A stretch of 64,000 nucleotides of DNA, taken from positions 3,224,001-3,288,000 of the forward strand of contig JBLDXI010000042.1 of assembly GCA_047495785.1 (NCBI GenBank), written 5' to 3'. Both the position numbers and the translations under genes were made by a program. The stretch comes from Lepidodermella squamata. Lineage: Eukaryota > Animalia > Gastrotricha. Shown piece after piece: positions 53,400-64,000 of the stretch (within the stretch, counting starts at the first letter, position 1; each line of letters begins with the position of its first letter). Below the pieces are notes generated by a model. That model made no database searches and was not told the DNA's origin. It saw only the letters and a program-made list of their open reading frames with translations.

Positions 53400-54710
53400 A
53401 TGAGGCGGAAGGTGTTATTGATGGGCAAGGCAGGTGCTGGCAAGACTTCTATGAAGTCGATTATTTTTGCTAATTACATTCCTCGCGATACTCGACGTCT
53501 TGGCGCTACAAGTAAATTCGAAATAAATGAAATTGAAAAATTAACAATAATTGTCTTAATACAGTTGATGTTGAAAGTGCCTACATTCGATTTCTCGGCA
53601 ATTTGGTGCTAAATTTGTGGGACTGCGGTGGTCAAGAGGCGTTTATGGTGCAATATCTTCAGCAACAACGAGACACAATTTTTCGTAATGTCGAAGTTTT
53701 AATCTATGTTTTCGACTGCGATTCGAAAGATTTGGAAAAAGACTATAATTACTATCAAGAATGCCTCGAAGCTATCCGGCAATATTCTCGAAATGCGAAA
53801 ATTTTCTGTCTAATTCACAAGATGGATTTGGTTGAAGAAGCAACGCGGGATGTTGTATTCAAGCAGCGAGTTGACGACCTAGAACGGCTATCTAGACCGT
53901 GCCAAATCAACTGTTTCCCGACATCGATTTGGGACGAGACACTTTACAAAGCCTGGTCGGCTATTGTGCACCAGTTGATTCCGAACGTGGCTGAAATCGG
54001 TGATAATCTGCGACTTTTCGCCGATGCCATCGATGCGGATGAAGTTATTCTGTTCGAAAAAGCGACGTTTCTTGTGATCTCGTCGTATGAGAATGAGACC
54101 AGAAGTGCGCAACACACAGATATTCATCGCCATGAAAAAATTAGCAACATCATCAAACAGGTAAAATAAATGAAAGCTGGACCAGACTTTCAAAACTTGG
54201 CCCCAAAATTGAATTATTATTTAATTTCCGAATATATTTGCTACATTTTGGTCCTTGTTAGAAGAAAAATAAGAAAAATTGCGCATAATTTGATGGACAA
54301 TTTCTTGAATTTTTTGAAATTCCCAACAAATTTAAAATTCAAAAAACTAAATTTTAGCCTTGCTAATAATAATTTGAAAAATTAGTTAAAAATTGAAATA
54401 AATTCCTATTAAATATTCCGAATATTGTTTATTATTCTGAAATATTTTCTTATTTTAGTTCAAATTGGGCTGTTCGAAAATTGGAGCCAATTTCACGACG
54501 ATGGAGGTGAGGAATTCGAATTTTCTCGCCTACTGCGGCTCGTTCACTCAGAATACCTGCGTCATGGTGGTTCTATCAGATACGAACATTTCCTCGGCGT
54601 TGATTTTGATGAATGTCAAAAATGCTCAGAAAGTGTTCGAGCGGCTGGAAGATCAAGGCCGACTGGTGACAAATCCCAGCCCGGGGCCGAATGCTGCTAA
54701 AATGCAATGA
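53400..54710 (+). CDS. RRAGA: Ras-related GTP-binding protein RagA/B, 3 exons
   Basis: [64 protein letters not shown]|FKLGCSK. Confidence 0.95.
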
Positions 54711-55977
54711 TTATATTGTATTATTTATAGCTACAAATGTTCAGCATTTCTGCGGAAATTTTCGATTCGGTTCAGGCTGTTGTTAGGATTTTAATATTAT
54801 TTTGTCGGCTAAAATTCAAAGAAAATGAAACCATTAATTGTGTTTTAATTAGAGTTTCGAAGGCTAAATCTATTCGATCCGCGTGATGCCAAATTGCTCA
54901 TCGTTTGTGTGTATGTAAATTTATTGTAATAAATGGAATAATAACTGAACCCCTGAATGATTGATAATTGAAAATAATGCGTATTTCCTTTTATGATTCG
55001 AACAAAAAATGCGAATAAAAGAGAAGTTTTCCGATGGAAGTGAACCAGTTTTTATTTTGATATCTGCGGAGTAATTTCCCAGGATGACCTTATTTTAATT
55101 GAATTTCGAACAGGGAACGTGCAGAGTGCAATTCTAATTGAGTCAGAAGTGCGCGTTCCAAACCTTCATTAAGTGTCTATAAGAGATGGAAACTGTGACT
55201 AATGGAATCAACTGTAATTTGAAGACCATTTCCTAATTTGCCAAAGTAATTGCAGAAAACATCGGGCAAATCTGTTGTGGCTACAGCACACCCCCCGTTG
55301 TTCCCTAAATTAGGGCACAAATGACTATTTGATGGTAATTCATAGCGACTATGTCATATCTTGGGGGTGTAGGGGTGAGGGGACAATCCAGGTTCTAATG
55401 GGTACAGCGTTTGACACGGTCTGAAACTGTCCAATATTCTGATTTTTCTCCCCACTCTCTTCTGCGATGTGCTTTGATCTGCGACGGCGGATGTAAGATA
55501 TAATGCCACATTCGTCGGCGAAAATCTTTCGACGCAATAGCATTTTTTTTTAAAAACTTACATGTCGGGCATGTTCAAGTTTTATGTGATTAAGAGCCTG
55601 TTATCAAACGGCAAATTCACATGTGCTAGTATGAAATTACAAAAACAGAAAACAACTTTTTCGATGAACGATAAAAAACGATACGGGCCGCTCTGAAATA
55701 CTTGAAAACGTATAAAAAAATCGATTCTAAAATACAGCTGCAAAATGCCTGAAATCGGGACAATTCAAGGCCGGCAATAGCGACAGGACAGGCGTAATGA
55801 AGTTTTTCAGCACCTTATAATTTATTGACTGCGTAAATGGAATGGTGTGAAATGTCATCGCTCGTTCGCTTTGACAGGCGCCCGCATAGCGATTTGATGA
55901 AACGCGCTCGCAATCTGCCATTAAGTCATGTTATTAGCAAATTTCTTTATCATTATAGCTTTTTGAGCACCTTGAAA

Positions 55978-57189
55978 ATGGAAAACGCAACTGCTTCACA
56001 AGTGATAGGATTGCCTTCACTTGAGCCTGCGTCGAAGACCAGCTTTTGCCAGGTAAAAACTGCTAAGATGTAATATGTAGCAGTTTTATCAAAAGTGTTC
56101 TCGTTTTAGGTTTGCGACTTGGAAATTCAACAAGCTGATGTGACATTCAACGCGAAAACTGGGCTGACGTTAGCTGTATGCCAAGCTTGCCGAAAATTTT
56201 TCCTCCGGAATCGGGCTAAGAATCGAAATTCTCTCCGGTGCCAATCTGGTACCGACCAATGCTCCGTTGGCCGGTCTACAGCCACCGCAATAGGTTCCGG
56301 AATTCTTTGGAGAATGTCTTGTCCTAGATGCAGGTTTTCGAAATGTCTAGCTGTCGGGCTTGGGGGTAATTATAAAAAGTTATAGTCTCTCTATATCGCC
56401 AATTTTTTTTCAGAAAATTCTTTAAGGCGGCAAACTATCGAGGTCAGCGAAAGGCCTAAAACCTTGGGAATAACTGCGGTCAACACGGGTTCCCTCAGCC
56501 ATCTCGAAAATTCATTTCGCGACTGGATAACCGCAGCATTGGACGCTAATATGGGGTACGAAAGCCTCCCGATGACAAATTGCGTGAAACCGATGCGAAA
56601 CGAACTCGACGCATTCTCGTCGCTCGTCGAGCAAAACGGTAACGTCGTTAAATTAGCCGCGAGATTCGCGCAAGCTATACCGGGGTTTGCGAAATTACCG
56701 GACAGGGACCAAGCCCAATTGCTGGCTACGTCCGGTTCCAGTTTGGCGCTCGTCATCTGCAATCGATTTCGATCACAACCTTGCAATATGATGCCGGAAA
56801 ATTACGACCAATTAACGAAATTTTTCCCGGAACTTCAATTCGTGAAGCCTTACTCGCAGGCTCTGAACTCATTTTTAGACGATTGGAAGCCCCATACAGC
56901 TGAATACCCCTGCCTACTCGCTATTTTAACGTACCAAGGCCACTACAACGAACATTTCGATGTTCATAACACCAGCAATCCTGAGGCTAGGCAAGTTGGA
57001 ATGGCTGTTCATGGCGTGTTGATGCAGTTGAGTAATGGCGATCCGAAGTTATTCAACGATCGACTGCTCAAGTTGCAAAGCGCGGCGAAAGTTTTTCAAA
57101 CAGCCGCCGGGATGAGATCGGGCATCATGTCTTACCTGATGCGTAACAAACCTTACCTGATTTTAGCTTGCAACATTGGCAAGAATTGA
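55978..57189 (+). CDS. Divergent nuclear hormone receptor 1 (C4 DBD + LBD)
   Basis: CQ|VC..CQACRKFFLRN..C..C..CPRCRFSKCLAVGL; LBD signature RFAQAIPGFAKLPDRDQAQLL. Confidence 0.8.
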
Positions 57190-57453
57190 ATTTTATCCCA
57201 CGTGCTTAAACTGGAATTATTTTCCAAAAATATACCAGAATCGGTAATTAATACCTAGATATCTATGTCTGATGGTTTAATAAATTATGAAAAAATAGAA
57301 ATTTTTTCAATGCTTTTGTAACGGACTAATTACTTAGATGTCAATTTCGATTTGATCAATCGCATCATATGATGATAAAGGACTAAAATAGGAAAGGCTA
57401 AGTACAAAGCCCAATGTTTCTGTCGCCTCATTTTCCACAAATTTCGCACAATA

Positions 57454-58865
57454 ATGAGCGCTGTTTGCCAGGTTGCATTTTTTATTGTTATAGCGTTGTA
57501 ATTTAAAACAATTCCACAGGTGTGCAATTTGCCAATAAAACGACTGCGAAAATTTCGAAAAGGCCTACCGTTGGCATGTACCGCCTGCAAGGTGACTAAT
57601 AAACCCCGCGTGATTTTTATTCCGATTTATGGACAATTAATAATCTTTGTCTAACAATAACGTATATATGTAATTCCAAAGAAATTCCTGCAACGGAACA
57701 GGAAGACAAGTCTCGATGAACTGCGATGCATTTCGGGCACGAATAATTGCAATTTAACCGCTGATCAATCACGGGCGATTTCAACTTCAGCTGGCTCGAT
57801 TTGGCGAATGATGTGTACAAGGTGCCGGCTAGCAAAGTGTCTAATAATCGGCCTAAGTAACTTATTAATTATTCATTTGATTTTTTTAAATTATTTTATC
57901 AGGACGAAGATCTTCCCTACCAGCTTCGACAAGCTCGAGCACAGAAGTCAATAAGTCGAAAAGTAGCCCGGAGAGTTGTTCAAATATGGACACGAAACGA
58001 GACATTTCAGTGCCAATCGAACCGGCATGTTCGGAATCCGTCAGCGCAGAGCTGAATCTTCACAAAATCGTTGATTTGACCTTTGAACTTCAATCGCAAT
58101 TCACCCAAGTAAAATTTTGTTAAATTTCCGATTTCATCTGAATTTTTCTTCCAGCTCCCGCTGAGGCAAAGCGTGAAAAATTTCGAAAATGAGGCCGAGG
58201 TTTGGTTTTCACTGATGGATCATTTTGAATTTGCCGCGCGATGCGTGTCCAATTTTATTCGAAATTTGCCTGGCTTCAGCAATTTGTCACGCGATGACGG
58301 CTGCTCAGTTTTCGCTTCAACTCTCATGCCTATTTCCTACGCTGCAGTCAACCGAATCTCGCCAGCACCCGAGACAGTTCATCCTCAAAATATGGGCCCG
58401 ATTTTGAAATATTTTCCTGAAATAGAGGTACATGAAATGGCGTAATATTACGTTTGTCCTATCGGCTAATTGTTTTTTTTCCAGTATGCTGAAAGACAGT
58501 CAGACGCTATTTTCGCCGCTCTGTCGAGTTGGAACCCGAATACGGTCGAATTCGCGTGTTTGTTAGCTGTCATTTTTCGCCACAGCTGTCACGCTCGAGC
58601 TAATACCGTGGACAAAAATCGTGACGACAACAATAATGACGGTGTTGATCTCGCCGTACGCATGGCTATGCTGCAACAATGCAGCAATCGAGCCGATGTT
58701 TTCGATCGTCGCTACGCTAATTTGATTCATTTGACTGATTTGTTAAATTCTAGCGCGGTCAGGTTTCGCAAAGCTCGTGAGGAAATCGCGAAACGTAGGC
58801 CGCAACTGTTCGCTGTGTCTCAAATATTTTTAGCGATTCACCGTGAAAGCATGAAGTCAGGCTGA
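57454..58865 (+). CDS. Divergent nuclear hormone receptor 2
   Basis: Manually spliced MSAVCQ|VC..CTACK|KFLQRN..CISGTNNC..WRMMCTRCRLAKCLIIGL; LBD NFIRNLPGFSNLSRDD. Confidence 0.75.
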
Positions 58866-59636
58866 GCTCGAGTACCATGTGAAATCAATTAAATGAGACA
58901 CAAACCGACATCCCGATATCCCGAGAAATGAAGTGTCTTTACGTTATATTGACATGATTTTTGATCATTTTTTTGCATTCAACTTCACGACAAAATAGAA
59001 CCAAGTTATGTGACACTTATTTTCTGATAATAAATGGCAACAAAATGTCAGGTAACTATTAATTTTGATCGGTTATTTTAAGACACGAGTGGTAAATTAG
59101 CAAAACTGAGTTGGTTCCCTAAAAATAGCCCCATCGCAAAATCGAAGGTCCAGCTTAAAAGTGTTACTCTCACTGAAGCGTGGACACTTTTTGTCTTTGA
59201 ACATACATTTCTTCTTAACTATTGAAGCCTTAGCGAGAATGGTGAACTTCACTATCGAGTAGTCAAATTCCTTTTAAAATATAAAATATTATATTGGCTT
59301 TTAAATTAAAAAAGGTAAAGCATTTTAATGTGAACGTTGACGCTATATAATTTACATATTCACACCGAAATTACTAATATTTACAAATTACAAATATTTC
59401 CGAATTTTCAAAATTAGCCGAATCATTGAAAAATGAAGCGCGCGTATTTTGTCCGAATTAAGTCCACGTTACAGCGCGCGCGGGAAAAGTCTATACGTCC
59501 ATTTGGTAGCATAAAGGGGTTTCTATAAAAAACAACACCTGGTGCGTGTTGACTACGATGTACTTCTAAAGCAGAACCCATTTTTCATTTGATTTGATTT
59601 CATCAACAAATTTGGTACTTTTTCTTGGGGTATGGA

Positions 59637-61282
59637 ATGGATATCCATCGGCTTAGCCATTTGGTGAGAACTATATTATAAAGCAAATATTTTCCTTTCC
59701 AAAAAATTAGATTAAGATCGCCAGATTCCTTAATTCTAAGTATTTCCAAGATTTTTTAATGACATTTTTTCAACCCAGGTTTGTTCGTTGATTCTCGAAG
59801 ACGTTCCGAACAGCTCGCCGCAAAACATCAGCTGGCACTTGGCCGGCCCAGGGGTTGACTATCGAAAATTCCGCCACGCCAATAATCCGCGAGTTTGCCG
59901 CGCGTGCAAAAAGTTTTTCCAGCGCAATCGCAGCCGTGACCTCGCGTCATTTCACTGCCAATCCGGCACGAAGCAGTGCCAATTAGGCGCTAGCAATGAT
60001 AGCACCAATAGCAACGACACCAGCGGATCAACTGCTCTAACTTCAAATGGCGCGATTTGGCGAATGGCCTGTCCAAGGTGCCGGCTGAAAAAATGCTTCG
60101 ACATCGGCATGGGTTAGTTGAAATAACTTCAGCTGTACAAAAATTTCAAATTTGTGTGCAGATAAAGCCACGAAACGTAAATTCGACCCTCTTAACGACT
60201 CTAAGCGAAATTCATCTGGCGAGTCTTTAAGTTCAAATTCTTCGCCGAATTCAGCTGATGGGTCACGATTCCCGAAATTCGACATTGTATCACCTGCTAT
60301 GTATGAAAGCATCAGAGCTGAAACTGTTCTGCAAAAAATAGCCTCTGCTTCGCGAGATCTGCAAGTCGGCTTTGTACAGGTAATTGAACGATAAAAACAA
60401 GTCCCGATTTTACATAACTTCAATTACAGCTGCCACTGAAGGTCAATCACGTGACCTTTCGAAATGCGGATGAATATTGGACTCAGTGCATGGTTCATTT
60501 CGATTTCTTGGCTCGTCAGGTCGGAAATTTTGTGAAAAGTCTACCTGGTTTGCTAAAAAAAATCATCCCCAGATATCATTAAATTTTCAAATTTTTTGCT
60601 CGAAGGTTACAATGGGTTGTCGCTACAAGACCGCTTGCTCAGCTTTACGAATTCATTCCCATTAATTTCATTTGTTGAGGGCCAGCGCTTCGAAGCTGAT
60701 CCTCTGTTGATGAGACAGGAAAATGCTGTACAGGCGAGAATTTTCTTCCCTGAACATATTGTAAGTTGATTAACTGACCGATATTTGACCTTTTTGCCGG
60801 TTTTTTTCCCTACTAATAGATGACGGAAGAAAGTGTGCTGAGGATTTACGAGGCTTTGCAAAGTTTGAAACCCGATCAAATCGAGTTCGCCTGTTTATTG
60901 GCTTCAATTTTTCTTCAAAGTATTATTTTCCATAATTTCGTAATTTTTGGAAATTTTTACAAAAATTTCAGCTTGCAAGCAAAATCAGATTAGAATTGAT
61001 TCAGTTCCTGAGACGAAAAGCCTGGAACTTGCGACTGCATCGTATTTGGCCCAGCGTAGTGGTAACGACCGGGTGGCCCTGGCGAGACGCGTCCACAATC
61101 ATCAGTTCGTTATTGAGGCATCGCGTGAAGCTGCAAATTGCTTTCAAGCCATGCGTGAAGCGGTCAAAAATCGACGGCCTGATCTGTTCGCTGTATCACC
61201 GTTATACGCGGCTTATCACAACGAAAGCGAAAAATTACCGAACAAAAATGCCATCAACATTAAACTATTGGCTGCTAATTAA
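59637..61282 (+). CDS. Divergent nuclear hormone receptor 3
   Basis: VCRACKKFFQRN..CQSGTKQC..WRMACPRCRLKKCFDIGM; LBD NFVKSLPG; C-terminus RRPDLFAVSPLY shared with NR2. Confidence 0.75.
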
Positions 61283-61705
61283 CGTGTAAATGCGTGACCT
61301 ATAAATAAATTTCCTCAGAATTTCTTAAATTTTCATCGGGTTTAATTTGTTTTTTAATTTTGAAATGTTTCGAAGTGTTTTTTTTGCAGCGGTCATATTT
61401 CCGTACACAAAATCTCTTCCTGAGCGAAAAATCTCGATCGTTTGATTCTACGCTTACAGCGCAGCAGACACTGATCAAATGTGAATGATTATAATGAGGA
61501 GGTTAAGCACGCGTAAAGAAATTGAAAAAAAAAATCGATGGGACGTGCAAGCAAGTACTCACCATGCACAAATGATCCCTTACATTTATAATTTTTATAT
61601 TATATCATTAGTCAGGAGGTACTCGAATTGATCTCCCCAGCTCCGAGATTGGCTTCATATTATTTAACCAGGACGATTAGTTGAATTACTGTGACCCATT
61701 TTTAA

Positions 61706-63034
61706 ATGAACCCGAGTCAACTAGATCAAGGTCCTGACTGCCAGATTTGCGGCCTCAGCTGTGGCGTTGTTTACCGGCGCCAGCGTCAAGATGGTCTCAC
61801 GTCTATATGTATCGCTTGCAAAGTAATGAGTCACGTGACGTCTGGAAAGCACGCTTTTCACATAAAAAATATTGTTTTTGTTGATTTCAGAAATTTTTTC
61901 GTCGCAACTGTCACCGCCCGGAGAGTTCGATGAAGTGCCACGGTGGTTTGACTAATACGTGCAATTTGAAAGACGAACCAGCCCCAGGGACGGATCCGAA
62001 TCGAGTCGTTGTCGCAACAACAGGCGCTTTATATCGAAAATCTTGTCCTAGATGCCGCATGATGAAATGCCGACAGCTTGGTCTGGGAAAGCGGAAATCA
62101 GCGAGAAATTCGCAGAAACATACCGACTCGAATTCTCAAAGCTCTCAGGAAACTTTGGCGATAAGCCAAGATTCGATGACGCTAGAATCACCTTCATCAA
62201 TAGCCCAACCTGAGCTGAGCCAGTTCGAAAATATCCTTCAGCGATTCATCCCAGCTATCGGTGAATTCCAAGAGTCTTTGAACCAGGTAAAATTCTGGTT
62301 TTAAATTTTTTTAAATTTTTTTCTCGATTCTTAAAGCTGCCATTGAGGCGAAGGGCGATTCAGTTTTCATCCGGTGCCGAAGCTTGGCGTAGCGTTATGC
62401 TAAATTTCGAACATTTACTGCGGATTTACAAGAAATTTCTCACGAATGTGATACCGAATTTCGCATCAATGCCACTCGAGGCGCGTTGTTCTACCTACTC
62501 TCAGACTTTCATCCCAGTCTGGTTGACGATTTCAGGCCACGCTTCACCGCTCACGCCATCGATGGCGCAGGAAAACGCTCTCCAACTAGACAATTTTTTC
62601 CCCGAGGCTAAGGTTGATTTCTTACGGAAATTATCTCTGAATTTTGAACATTTTGATTATTTCAGGGTCAAATTGAGGAATCTCGGCATATTTGGGCTTT
62701 GATCAACAGCTGGAATCCAACTCCGACGGAATTTGCGAGTTTTATCGCGGCGATGTTGCTCGAGACCGATCCGAATAGACTCTTAATTACGACCCCCGAG
62801 GCGAGCCAGGACACAATGGCCATTGACGAAACTATGCCGAACGAGATACTAGCAACGTGGCTGTTGAATCTCGCGAATTTAGGACACCCTGTGACAGGCG
62901 CTGTTAAAAACAGCGTCAATTTCGCTAGAGAGCGGCGCCAAAGTGCGGCTATTGAAATGTATAGGCGACGAGCAGCTGAACTCGCTGGAATAAACAGCCC
63001 GTTATACGTTGATGTTTTGACTCTGGATAAATAA
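61706..63034 (+). CDS. Divergent nuclear hormone receptor 4
   Basis: CQICGLSC..SICIACK|KFFRRN..CHGGLTNTC..SCPRCRMMKCRQLGL; LBD-like FLTNVIPNFASMPLEAR and WNPTPTEFA. Confidence 0.75.
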
Positions 63035-63453
63035 ATTGAAATTGACAGAAAAATATTTAATACAGGTGACAATAAATCGTGAGTATTTTAATGTCCCTGA
63101 TACGTGGATGAATTAGTGTTCCGTGGATAATGTATTTGCATCTGCATCAGACCTTCACACTCACCTAGACATTGATCGATATTAAATTTCAAAGCATTGA
63201 ATGTCATCATTTTTTTCTTTCACTGCTGTCAATTGGCTGAAAGCGCGCCGCCTCGCTGTCGATTATCGATCAAAATTAATTAACCTCCACACGGCGGCGT
63301 TTGCCTCTAACGCACGTCTGCTAACTGGTTGAAATAAGCTGATGTTTATTTTTCAACGACGCAGCAACAGGTCAAATTGCGAGATTTTCTTTCCGCTATT
63401 TTTTGTCCCCTATTTCGCAGTTTTTTCATACGAAATACGTCCGACTTTCCTCG

Positions 63454-64000
63454 ATGCAGGTGTTCAGTAGTGAGATCAGTTTAACAACCCTTTGCCAGGT
63501 TTGCGATCAACCTGGCGGGGTTCCTTATAAACGACAACGTTACGACGGCCTGACCTCAATATGCATTGCTTGCAAGGTAAATTTTTTTTAAAAAAGTACG
63601 AAAATCACGATTTAATTTTTTCAGAAATTTTTCCGTCGAAATTGCTTTAAAAATGTTGATTCAATGCATTGCAAGTTCACGGCGCCAGTTTTAGCTGCTG
63701 ACTCCGGAAATTTTACGAGCCGAAAAAATCGCTTATGTGGCAGTAAATCCTGCCCTCGATGCCGTTTAGCAAAGTGTTTCAAACTCGGGCTAGGCGGGCG
63801 GGCTCAACAGGGCAGTGATTTTGGCAACGATGATGAAAATTCGAGCGCGGCGGTGATTTCAAACAATTCGAGCAATTTGTCGAGCCCTCAGCAGCAACAA
63901 GTGATGATTGTCGATCGTAAACGGGCTGACTCTATAGCGAGTAATAACAGCAGTTTTTACAATGGCCGATTCAGTCTTAACTCTGAGCCATCTCTTGAAG
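63454..64000 (+). CDS. Divergent nuclear hormone receptor 5 (5' part, truncated by the window)
   Basis: CQVCDQPGGVPYKRQRYDGLTSICIACK|KFFRRNC...SCPRCRLAKCFKLGL; close paralogue of NR4. Confidence 0.75.

Overview
Eukaryotic (animal) genomic DNA from a compact-genome invertebrate. Introns are short, AT-rich GT-AG (mostly about 45-60 nt); the taxon cannot be fixed from sequence alone. Left to right: the 5' part of a RING/B-box TRIM gene (NHL-3/TRIM2-3-like); TRAP-gamma (SSR3) followed very tightly by PEX2; a small 2-TM protein; three tandem glutaminase paralogues interrupted by a GPI-anchored Ly6/three-finger gene and a histone quartet (H3<>H4, H2A<>H2B); a secreted sushi protein; a collagen-C1q protein; vigilin; SYAP1 followed by mRpL40; SMIM12 followed by UBXN7; PNPLA2/ATGL followed by RagA; and a tandem array of five highly divergent nuclear receptors running off the right end. 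Most notable: (1) all four histone genes end in a perfectly identical 40-nt element, a stem-loop plus a non-purine-rich palindromic downstream element, followed by AATAAA, which suggests a non-canonical histone 3'-end processing system; (2) four co-oriented gene pairs have operon/trans-splicing-like spacing; (3) the nuclear receptor array has non-canonical P-boxes and expanded zinc-finger loops; (4) one glutaminase paralogue lacks a catalytic Tyr and none shows a mitochondrial presequence; (5) the clustered H2A is H2A.X-like and ends in SQSQ. Exon boundaries were inferred by eye and all family assignments come from recalled motifs, not database searches.
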